Source: Eledone cirrhosa (Eukaryota). Taken from it: a DNA stretch of 64,000 nt. The notes under the pieces were generated by a model, which did not search any database, was not told the DNA's origin, and saw only the letters and a program-made list of their open reading frames with translations. Made by a program: the position numbers and the translations under genes. This document shows positions 26,000 through 37,393 of the stretch, in pieces. The stretch's first letter is position 1; every line of letters starts with the position of its first letter. The stretch spans positions 373,364,001 through 373,428,000 of the forward strand of contig OZ024740.1 in assembly GCA_964016885.1 (NCBI GenBank), given 5' to 3'.

Positions 26000-28900
26000 A
26001 TTTATCTTGTTTTATGTTCATACGAGTTATCACCAAGTCACAACCAGTGACCTCAAGAGACAACAAGGTCCGCCATGTTCAAGAAGGAACATACATACTC
26101 ACACATGCATCTTTAGTGTTTAGACTCGTGATGTACTTCTATTGTAGAATCTTCCTTAGTATATGGGCAGTTTCCATTAGTACAATCTTTTGTATTATCT
26201 CCTATACGCGGGTTTCCAGGGATTTGCGATAAGTAATCATTAGACCCCTTAGGTATTATTCCCAGAGCGCCTACAACCACTGGTATTGTTTTAGTTCTCA
26301 ATTTCCACATTTTTCCAATTTCTATCTCCAGGTCCTTATACTTGCTCAATTTTTCAAATGTTTTTATAGATACATTCTTGTCTATTGGAACAGACATATC
26401 AATTAGCAGGCATACCCTCTTTTTAAAGTCCTTCAATATTATATCAGGTCTATTTGCATCTATTTTTTGGTGTGTTTGGATGCTAAAGTTCCACAAGATT
26501 GAGATGTGATCTTTTTCAAGTATGGGAGGAGGCTGATGCTCCCACCAATTCTTTTGATGGGGCAGGTCAAAATGCTTACACATTATCCAATGTATGTATT
26601 GTGCAGCTCTGTCATGCACATTGAAATTATATGGTCAATGGTTTCTGGTTGTTTTTTACATACACGGCATAATGGGATGCATCCATTTTTTATTATGTTG
26701 GCTTGGTAATTTTTTGTTGGCAGACACTGATCTTGTGCTGATATAATCAGTCCTTCAGTCTCCGATTTCAGTCCAGAGGATGCCAACCACTGATGGGTTA
26801 AAGTTTTATCAACATCAGGATTGTTAGCTCCTTCTGGGTATTTTCCATACAGAGGCTTTTCTTGCCATTTCTTAGCCAGTTTCTGTAGCAGTTCTTTCTT
26901 TGCAGTTGCTTTTACCTGCTTTGCTTTTTCTGTGTTTTCCATTTCTGTGTTTTCCATTTCTGTATTTTCCATTTCAGCAGTAAATGAAATGTGCAGTCCA
27001 TTATTGTATCTCTGTGCATCTTTTGTAATGGAGTATGATCTTTTGATGCTTTCGTGTTTCAAAACGAGTTTGATCATCCAATCATGTGATTCCCTTAGAT
27101 ATGTAGATAATCCAATTGTTGCAGTTTTCAACGCAATGTCTAACTGGATTAACCCACGTCCTCCTTCTTTCCTAGGGAGATATATTCTATATGTATCTGC
27201 CTTAGGGTGAGGCATTCTGTGCATGGTTAAGCATTTTCTAATTTTTGTATCGAGTCTACGGATATCTGTGCTTGATCAGTTGATGATATTGTAACTGTAG
27301 GTTACTACTGGTATGGCAAGCGTGTTTATGGCTTCGATCCTATTCCTTGCATTCAATTCCGTTCTTAAGATTGCTCTTACTCTGCGGTAACATTCCTTCC
27401 TTATCCTTTCCCTCATTGTCGAGTGCTTGATTTCGTCTCCTTCACAAACACCTAGATATTTTCCTGTTGATCAAGTTCTCTTATCACATTCCCTCGATCA
27501 AGATTAATGTCTGAACTTTTCAGCAGCTTTCCTCTGGTGACCGTTGCTTTGGCGCATTTAACCAGTCCAAACTCCATTTTAATGTCATCACTGAACTGCT
27601 CCACAGTGGATAATAGCCCTTGCAATTGTTCATCATTTTTTTGCAAATAGTTTCAGGTCATCCATGTAGAACAAGTGATTAATGGTTTTGTCATAGACTT
27701 TATATCCATGTTTTGTTTCATTGAGCATTTTACTTAATGGGATAAGTGCGATGCAGAATAAAAGCGGTGATAAAGAGTCACCCTGAAAACTTCCACAATT
27801 AATATTAACTTCTCCAGCTTCCAGTGGTTTTTTTTCACTATTCAAAAGGAGTGTCGTTTTCCATGTCTTCATACTGAATGACAAAAACCTCCTGACAACG
27901 GGGGATATTTTGAAAATCTCTAAACATTTTTCAATCCAACTGTGTGGCAAACTATCGAATGCTTTTTTATAATCTATCCAAGCAATCGATAGATTTTTGT
28001 GTCTATTATGACAATCTTCCAGTATCATTTTGTTAACCAGAAGCTGATCCTTACAGCCATATTGAGCCTCGTTTACACCCTTTCTGCTCAATGGGAAATA
28101 GGTCATTTGTTATCAGGTGGTCATATGCGTATTCAGTTAGGACTGATGTAAAAATTTTATACATTGTGGTCAAGCAAGTTATCGGTCTGTAATTTTGGGG
28201 AAGCAGGAATGTAATGCCGTTAACTAGCCATGATGGTATCTTTTCTGGCTCCTTAACTATTTCATTGTAAAGTTGGGCTAACAGCTGATGAGACTCTGTG
28301 AAGGCATTTATCCAAAAGTTTTGTATTTTGTCTTTTCCTGGGGATTTCCGTTTTCTGGTTTTTCTTAGAGCCAAGCGCAACTGTTCAACTGTTATATTTT
28401 CCCATATTTGTTCGTCAAGGTGAGCTGTATCTTTCATTTGTCTGTCTATCCATGGGGCATGTATGTTATGAACTTTTTCTTCGGCCCAGATCTTTTCCCA
28501 GAATTCTTGCACTTCCTCCTTTGGTGGTATTGATTTAGCAGTTATTGTTGACTTACCAATTTTTCTGTAGAAGTTTCTTTGGTTGTTTTTGAACATATTA
28601 TTGTCCTTATAGAATCTAGATTGTTTTTCAAAGCGCCTTATACGAGCAGCTTTGGCCGATACTTTTTGCTTGATTATTTCTATCAGCATGTCTATGTCAC
28701 ATGTTGATTTTATACTGTACTTTTTTTTCAATTTTCTAAGTTTAGTTTGTTTAACATGTTCACCTACTTTATAGTTTGTTAAAATTTCTATGTCAGATCG
28801 GAGAAGGTTTATTTGGCGATTGATGTTCTCTTGCCAAGTAGATTTCTTGTGGGAATTCCTTTGTTTTTTCATCTTCACTCCACATAAGTGAGTCGTGACT

Positions 28901-29930
28901 TTAGCCGATGCATAATAGAGATGATTTAAATCAGTAATGTTTAGTTTGTTTGTGATGAAGATGTTTTTGATAATTATGTTAGTCTTGTGTATTATCTTTT
29001 GGTTCTGTTTGGAGTTCTGGATCTTAGGGAGGGTGTCTCGTTGCCCCATGTCAGATTCTTTCATTTTCATCCATTCGATTATAATTTCATCCTTCAAGTT
29101 GGCAAGTTCATTCTCATTCATTTCTTTATCATTTACGATCTCATTATTTTCATTTGGAGTTTCATCTTGGGCATGCACTCCCTCCACTTTTTCGATCCTT
29201 TCTTTAATTTGTTCTGTTGCCAGTGATTCCGCCCCAACCCAGGGGTTCGAAGTGTTACTGTTTACCTCATTTTCACTGACACATGTTTCATTTTCCCTTC
29301 GATGACTTTGTGATAATAGCTTCATCTGATCAATTTCTATATCAGTTAGTAACTTTTGTCTTACAATATTTCTTCGTATATTGGCTAGTTTGTTACTGTC
29401 AATATAACCTCTGTTTTCGGGATGTTTCTTTTTCCAGTTGATATATGTCTGTTCTGTATTCAATGTATTTGATGGGTAGTACATGGCAGTGTAGAAAGCC
29501 TCAAGGACTTTTTTATTATCTTCCCTTGACCATTTTTCTCTCTTTTTCTTTGGATTTATTGGTGGTGAGCATGGAGGGCCAACATTAGGAGTATTCCGGT
29601 TATGGGAGGTCTCCAGCTCCGAAGTGATGGGAAGGTTTGAACCATTAGCTGATTTTTCGACCCCAGTCTGGTTCCTCCCTGAGGGACGCGGTCCTTTTTT
29701 ACCCGGGTGACGGCCGATCCGGTATGAGATTTTATCATTAGACATTTACTTTATTTTGTCGCGTTTTATCCTTATCCGCCAAGGGGTAATCATTTCGTGT
29801 TACCACTTCTAGAACGAGTGTCAACCAAGACTAGAGGGGTGGTTGTCCCCTAGAGACACGGCTATTCCCCGCCGGCCGCCATCCCGGTATTTCTTGGTCA
29901 CGGGGCTTTCTTTTTGTTGTTTGTTTTTAA
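26000..29930 (-). mobile_element. Near full-length R4/Dong-clade retrotransposon, family B; single ORF 29745 to about 26113, broken by several frameshifts
   Basis: N-terminal REKWSREDNKKVLEAFY...NKLANIRRNI (R4-type), KSPGKDKIQNFW, NYRPITCL, EQKGC, WIDYKKAFDS, FQGDSLSPLLF, FYMDDLKLF, CRVCKKQPETIDHI, RPDII..LIDMSVP..KYKDL. GC-rich 5' UTR at 29750-29910. Confidence 0.95.
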
Positions 29931-30530
29931 ATTGTTATTATCATGAGTGGTTCCTTAATGTGAGCATTGCGTGGCTTAAGAATGAAATTATTAATAATTG
30001 TCTCCACTCCAGGCACAAGGCCAGCAATCATCCAGTGCATTACAATAATATAATATACTTTTTGCTGTAGTTGCCTGTTATTGTTGTTGGCTATGTCGGT
30101 GGTGGTGCCGGGGCTTTTTATATTGTTGGTGAGGAAGGTGTGAGCCAGCAGTCCCATAGTTGTTGATTTTGACGTTTGGCCGGTGGCCAGGTCACTAAGT
30201 CAATCTATTTATATCTTTTGCTAGCCTCTCCCTTGTCTAGTGATACCGCCACCTTCCCCTTTCTCTCTCAAGTTAACAGGGGAATAGTGGTGGTAGCAAT
30301 GAAGGAGTGGTGGCGGCGGCGATGGGATAGTGGTAGCAAGATGATGGATGGGGTGGTGGCGTTGTGGTTACTGGGTTTTATGATATGTAGTATCTATGAG
30401 TTTGTGTTCGTATGTTTAATATATATTGTGTTGACATATTCCCGTAAAATTGGAATTAAACATTTTGTTAAAATTTGAGACAATAATAATATTAATTATT
30501 ATTATCATGCCGGGATTGATGGTGGTGGTG

Positions 30531-30638
30531 GTGAAATTGCCGTTATCTGGCTGTTATATTTAGTGTGATGGGATAGGCGGTGTATCAAGTTTCTGGTGTT
30601 GGTGAAATTGCTGTTATTTGGCTGTTCTATATAGTGTA
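30531..30638 (+). repeat. Short diverged direct repeat (about 40 bp, twice)
   Basis: GGTGAAATTGCCGTTATCTGGCTGTTATATTTAGTGT versus GGTGAAATTGCTGTTATTTGGCTGTTCTATATAGTGT. Confidence 0.7.
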
Positions 30639-30918
30639 GACAGAGGGTGTCTTCTTCCATTTATAACCATTTTCTTTTTTTGAGTAAAAAATATATAATA
30701 CAAAATTGAATATTTGAGCAATATAACAATATAATATGGATCCGAAATTTTATGGGACTTCATTCGGTGGTTTATGCAACATTTTTACTAAGAATTGTTA
30801 TTTCACAATTGATTTAAATATGTTAAAAATCAAAAACTTACGGGAGCGATTTCATGACCTTCTATCACCTCGTGCGTCTTCTTCCCTTATTATTATTATT
30901 ATTATTGTTATTGTTATT

Positions 30919-31426
30919 CCTTGAATCTTAGTCATTGATGTTGGTTAACTGGAAAGTCCGTTGGATTGAATATCAAGCCACTACCTGCTGCCTCAGATAT
31001 TCAGGACGTATCGGAGGGTTCTTGCTGTTCCAAGCAAGCATGCCTTTTGAAGCGTTCCAAAAAGCGTGAAGGGGCCGATTTTCTTTAACCATCCCTGGAA
31101 ACTTTTGGAGATAGTCCCCAGTGCGCCTATGACAATCGGGATCACTTTGACTTCATGGCAGTTCCAAATCCTTTTCACCTCCCACTTTAGGTCCTGGTAT
31201 CGGTTAATGTTCTCCCTCTCCTTCTCTTGCACTCTCGTGTCGAACGGGCAGGCCACATCCACAATCAGACACGATCTTTTTTCTTTGTCCACAACCACCA
31301 GGTCAGGTCTATTGTGTTCCAGTTTTTTGTCCGTCTGTATCCTAAAATCCCACAGCACCTTCACCTGATTATTCTCCATCACCGCCTCTGGCCTATGCTC
31401 ATACCATTTCTCAGAATGTGGTAAAT
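30919..31426 (-). mobile_element. Heavily 5'-truncated R4/Dong family-A copy (RLE and 3' UTR) inside (TAA)n
   Basis: Almost identical peptide to 24324-24757. Flanked by TTA repeats on both sides. Confidence 0.93.
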
Positions 31427-31447
31427 TATTATTATCATTATTATTAC

Positions 31448-31481
<34 letters not shown>

Positions 31482-31961
31482 TTTCTTGTTGTTGTTGTTG
31501 TTGTTGGCATACAACCGCATCTCAATTAGAACCCTGCGATTAGTGGTGGTTTGTTTAAACGTATTTTTCTCAGCAACATAGATAATTGATGGTATTTCGT
31601 GAAGAGATTGAGGAAGAAAATAACAATGTCTCCTGTAGAAATATATACATCCATGGACAGAAACACGCACAGAAAATATTCGTAGGTTCAAATTATCTCT
31701 ATACAATATTTACAGATGCATATAGTTAGTAAAATCAATTATATTATCTATTGGCTATACATTTGTTTAATAGATAGATGCCCATTTAAAGACGGAAATG
31801 AATACAGAACATAATGTATGAGATGCGAATTTGCTCCTTGGACATGTCACAAACCAGATACAACGTGGTTGGTTTTCCCAAAACTACATTGACAATGGTC
31901 TTCGTGGGCATAACAGTGAGTATGAGTTTCTGAATTGCTTCCAGTTATATAACCCAATAGG

Positions 31962-32018
31962 TTGATAGACAAGGTAGCGGGCTTGATAGACAAGGTAGCG
32001 ACCTTGTCTATCAAGCCC
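31962..32018. repeat. Small direct-plus-inverted duplication
   Basis: TTGATAGACAAGGTAGCG twice, followed by ACCTTGTCTATCAAGCCCG (reverse complement). Confidence 0.85.
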
Positions 32019-32049
32019 GGTGCTTCAACCTTAGATAAGTGACGGCATT

Positions 32050-32765
32050 CATGCAACAGATATTTTAATTTTTATTTCAATATCGAAGTGTTTTGACATT
32101 TTTCAAATATCTTAAACATTACATTGAAATCAGCAGGTATTGGCATGGCTATCATGCAGCTCGCTTTCTTTTTTATTCTTTTTTAGAATATCTTCACTAT
32201 TAGGTTCCATTGCTTATTCAGTGTGCATTGTGAAATCCCACAGTATTATAACATTATCAATTTTGGTTTTTTCTTGTTATATTTAATTATTTTTCCAATT
32301 GATACTTCTGTAATATTTGTATTCGCATAGTTATAACGTGTCGCTGGTAAATATTAGTTGATCCAGTTTTGTAGTATTTGTGGTGCAGAATCTGCACTTC
32401 TAATATATTTGCCTGGTTATTTTTGTGTGGCAAGGTTCTGGTCTTGTGCAGCCAGTATGAACACATATGATTCGGCTTTCAGTCCTGATGTACCCGCTCA
32501 CCGATGTTTGGTTAAACATCAGGTCGCATGATTCGAATCAAATATTGATAATGTAGAGGTTCATTATACTATATTGTTTTCATATATTCAATGATTGCTT
32601 TCTTTGCTTTCATTTTTGTTGTCTTTGCTGCACTGGTTCATGTTAGAGGAGTCTGGTGTGCATCAACTTTGTTTAAATTTATATTCATTTCATATTTGGT
32701 GATTTGTTCATCAGAATAAAATGTTTTGTTTGAATCTTGTTTTCGTTACTGCCTGCATCATCAAC
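32050..32765 (-). mobile_element. Old R4/Dong-type relic
   Basis: GTSGLKAESYVFILAAQDQNLAT (cf. SSGLKSETEGLIISAQDQ in the 26-kb copy). Confidence 0.7.
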
Positions 32766-32769
32766 ATAT

Positions 32770-32960
32770 AATTGCTTCCAATTTTGGCACAAGGCCCGCA
32801 ATTTGAATAGGAGGAGAAATCGATTAATTCGACCCCAGTGGGTTTTGGTATATTATTTTATCGACACATAACCTCATCGAAATTTGAACTCGGAACCGAC
32901 CAAATCCTGCAAAACATTTTATCCAACGCTCGCAATATTCTGCCAAACCACCTCACTCAC
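32770..32960 (-). mobile_element. Older or different subfamily of the tRNA-derived SINE
   Basis: GGCACAAGGCC..GCAATTT..TCGACCCCAGTG..GGTA..ATTTTATCGAC..GAAATTTGAACTC. Confidence 0.7.
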
Positions 32961-32999
32961 ATCAGCAATAATATGCATAATAATGATAATAATCATCTC

Positions 33000-33530
33000 A
33001 AATACAGCATGTGCAATGAGAAGGGTGAGCACGTAACATCCATTTTAAACGTCTGTAGCTATTTGGCACGAACGTTATATAAGTGCATAGAGCACTTGGC
33101 TGAGACATCATACATTAATGACGGTACAAAATGAGTGGCATATGTCACCAACACAATCAGAGAGTGCTATTAAAAATGACTAGAGCAAGATGCTTTGGAA
33201 ATTCGCTATTTGGGCAAACTACTGAATACATGCTATATCTGACAGTTATAAAAGGCAAAGTGTCAAAAAAATATATAAGTGTCATAGCACAAACGAATTT
33301 GAACTGCAAGGAGGAGGAGAATATTTTAAATTACCCGGTTCTTGCTAATGAGATGCGTAGTTTGCGACATGTCTCACAAGTATGAACTCTATTGTTCATA
33401 CGATTACAAACAGAATATAAATTTCCTGATAGACTTAAGAGTAGCAACACATATAGCATTGATCCAAAATCAGGGTTACTGGATACTGCAAAAATTATCA
33501 GAAACCGTTTTCCAATAAAGAATCTAGTTG
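33000..33530 (+). mobile_element. Old R4/Dong-type 3' relic
   Basis: CNEKGEHVTSILNVCSYLARTLYK (zinc-knuckle region). The 3' end, across a frameshift, resembles QKACLLGTARIIR. Confidence 0.6.
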
Positions 33531-34739
33531 TGACTCAACCTTAAGGAAAACATTCCAATTTATTTATGCTTTTCATATTCCTCGACTAATGTTAACAGAA
33601 ATCAGCATTTATAAATCAATATTCTAAAATATAATTTGTTTGTGAAGCAAAATATTGGTGATATTTGCCGTAGGTGCTTTATCCGCTAGATATTAGGGAT
33701 TTGATATAACGATATAAAGACATGAGTCAAATTTTACCTAATTAATGATATCTCAAAGAAATTGTTTCTCACCTTCGTGGTTTCTGTGAACAGAAATCAT
33801 ATGCATTAGGGGCGACACGATTTGTGCTCTTCTCAAACGTCGTATTGGATCTACATGTCATTCCTAGTATTCTAGTTTTTTGTCTATACATCTTGTGTAT
33901 ATACATCTGTATTAGTTGTGTATGTGTTTATGGTCATTGTCCTTACTGATGAGGATGAGAGTTACAAGTTAGAGAGTAAAAGATTTGAATTGTTAGTTAA
34001 TTGAAGCCAATATGCCGAGGAATGAATGTAGATTGAGTGATATCTTCAAGGACTATGTAAATAGTATCACTCAAATGATTACACCTTATTGTATGTTACA
34101 TACATAGAGTTAATGTGTAGTTAAAGGATCCACTCGTATAATTGTTGATTTATATTCAAAATAGAAATGAATTATCAGTAATCATTATTGGAAAATAAAT
34201 AATTGACACACGTTAAGGATATTTATAGCATGATATGTAGTTGAGCTGCAAAAGCAACGATATAATGTTAATGATATGTACTAACTGCACTAATGGAAAC
34301 TGATCCTGATGTCTTGATTTTGGAAAATATATAAGTAAACTGATAAAAATACTTACAGCTGAAATATTTTTATACTATGACATTGGGTAAAATTGATAAA
34401 TATAATATCATAGAAAAAGAACAAGAATGTTGCTTCCCACCACTGATGAACATTTCAAATGTTAATGTAAAACAAGAAAATTCAATAACAAGTAACTTAT
34501 CATCGTTTTCCCTATGTCTATATGGGTAAATAATGTCTGCACAGTATAGTGATACCTTAATATAAACAAGGTATGTATATAGAGGGTTACTCAATTCTAT
34601 GAGAGCATTGGCATGAATTCTGTAAAAGAGGCATTGGCAATGGCATTATAATATTATTTGAGATTTATTGGCATGAATAATCTTGAGACTCGTCTCAGCC
34701 CAAATACGCAATGAATCTGCAGTTAGTATCGTCGACTGC

Positions 34740-35660
34740 TGTAATGGAATGTTAGTATGTCCCAATCGCTCTTAAAATAGGTTGGACATTGTGCAAATTT
34801 CAGAGGGTGTATAATGTTACGGAGGAGTTGATTGACCTCCCACTCGACAAAGGCCCATAGTGGTTCAACGGATTAATGTCAGTCAAACTAGGACGCTATA
34901 TGTTGTAGGTGGCGTGATCATGGAGTTTATACCTCATCCATTCGTAGGTTGGTTTGGCCTTATGGGGTGGTGAAACACTTTTTGGTAGGTTACGGATATT
35001 CGTTGTACACATTCTCCATCCAAAGCTTGACAACCTCACCAATAACTCTTTATAGTATTTAGCCCTGACCCTTAAGCCCCGAATAAAGACGTGAGAAGGA
35101 ATGACATCTTCCTTGTTGCTTACGACTCCCAGAACCATGAGAGTTACCGAGAACATTGTCTACATAGCCGTTGAATTGATTTTAGCGTCTCTGAATAAAT
35201 CTGTCATTCGTTCGTTTCACATTGTTGTCCAGATCAAATTCTTTCTCATCAGAGAAAAAGCAAAACAATCAAGGTTTTCGGATTTTCAACTTGCTCAACA
35301 TAAGTGTTGTGCTAATCAGGCGGCTATCCTTTATTTTTCCAGACATGAATTTTCCTTTCCGCATCAAGCATAATTTGTATCCGAAGGTCCTACCGAACGA
35401 TTTTCCCATGCTGAGACTTGAAACCTTGAGCAATAGCGCTAAGTCATTTTCTGGGGTTCATATTGGATATTTTCTGTACTTTATATACTTAATTGGGTGC
35501 TCGTACGTTTTATGAAGCTTGGCGGACGTTTCACGTTTGATTAATGCTGCAGAAACACGAGAGAGGCTTCCAGCTCTGCGCGAATATCTAGAATATATGT
35601 CCGTGCAGGTTTCAGAAAGCCAATAATCTCTAAATACAATAGTTTGCCTTTTAGTCAAAG
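34740..35660 (-). mobile_element. Degraded Tc1/mariner-superfamily transposase
   Basis: LMVLGVVSNKEDVIPSHVFIRGLRVRAKYYKELL (cf. VMVxGVVS..G.VMPPHFF..GLRVNA..Y.EVL) and SLTDINPLNH (cf. SPDLNPLDY). TIRs not identified. Confidence 0.75.
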
Positions 35661-36115
35661 ATTATATCATGCTGATTCATTTGAGCTGTGAGCTAGATTT
35701 CTATGATTTATTTGAAAAGAAATGATAAGTAGTTTAACTTAAAGAAAATATAAACTTATTAAAAGTTATCGCCAAATAAAATGTTATGTATGTATATATA
35801 TATATACGATATATTAACAAATGGAAACTATATTTATAAAACCATATTTATTTCATTATACATATTTCAAGGACACCAAGTCAAATTATGGTGCGCCTTC
35901 ATCAGATAAAATATAATATAGATCAGTGTTATAAATAAATATTGACATACCCTTAAAGAATGCGACCATTTCTGTTGGAAGCTCCCGGATAGTATATATA
36001 TATATATATATATTCTAGTCGATCGACTTTCGTCAAATCGGACCGAGGAAACTATGTTTCCGTTGGTCTTTCCAATTGCTAATACTATCTATCGGTCGCA
36101 ACTCCAGGTAGAAGG

Positions 36116-36250
<135 letters not shown>

Positions 36251-36288
36251 ACATATATATATACATATATATATACATATATATATAC

Positions 36289-36364
<76 letters not shown>

Positions 36365-36472
36365 GTGTGTGTGTGCCTATATATATATATATATATATAT
36401 ATAATATGTATGTATACGTACATACATATATGTATACATACGTAGAGTAGTATGTATATATATACATACATG

Positions 36473-36545
<73 letters not shown>

Positions 36546-36551
<6 letters not shown>

Positions 36552-37383
36552 GTATCGGTTTACCGAACATTCATTATAATGTCCGGTTTGTTTGTAAACA
36601 AACAAACAGCCCGAATTACGCCGTACAGTGTTTCAACACTGAGACAGGAAACTAGTACTTCGTTCCTGTGTCAGTATTGAACAAAAAGGTGACGTGGTTG
36701 CCTAAACACTGTACAGCGTAATTCGGGATGTTTGTTTACAAACAAACCGAACATTATAATAAATTTTCGGTAAACCGATACGTGCATACATATATATGTG
36801 TGCAGTATGTATATATATACATACTACTGTACGTCTGTATACATATATGTATGTACGTATACATACATACTTACATTTAAGTAACTGCCGTACTAAGAGT
36901 GAGAAATGAAATTTCGTTTCATCTTATTCCATTTATCTATCTTTTCGGTGCGCCCAGCCGACTAAACTCTCTCGATATGCAAATTATTCTGCTCAGCCGT
37001 TAATATGCATAAGGAAATTATATACTTTCAGACGTTCAACCATCTGGCAGGAGGGTATACGATGCTGACGATAGCTAATAAGCTTGAAACTAGTACATCG
37101 TTCCTGTGTCAGTGTTGAACAAAAAGGTGACGTGGTGGCCTAAACACTGTACGGCGTAATTAGGGTTGTTTGTTTGTTTACAAACAAACCGAACATTATA
37201 ATAAATTTTCGGTAAACCGATACGTGCATAGATATATATCTGTGTATGTATGTATATATATACATACTACTGTACGTCTGTATACATATATGTATGTACG
37301 TATAAATGCATACATACTTACATTTAAGTAACTGCCGTACTAACATTGAGAAATGACATTTCGTTTCATCTTATTCCATTTAT
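36546..37383 (+). mobile_element. Retrozyme-like non-coding element: inverted 5' segment (36546-36647) plus 1.7 tandem copies of a 438-nt unit (36648-37085, 37086-37383), set in (TA)n
   Basis: GAAACTAGTAC(T/A)TCGTTCCTGTGTCAG starts both units, which are colinear for about 295 nt. The upstream segment is the reverse complement of unit sequence. Confidence 0.8.
37059..37101 (+). ncRNA. Minimal type-I hammerhead ribozyme with intact core; predicted cleavage after 37095
   Basis: Stem I ACGATG/CATCGT, CTGACGA, stem II T-AGCT-AATA-AGCT-T, GAAA, palindromic stem III ACTAGT, GUA triplet. Confidence 0.85.
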
Positions 37384-37393
37384 ATATATATAC

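Noticed and set aside
30993-31706. 237-aa ORF with poly-Asn fused to an RLE domain
   Set aside because: Chance read-through from flank and (AAT)n/(AAC)n into a truncated R4/Dong copy.
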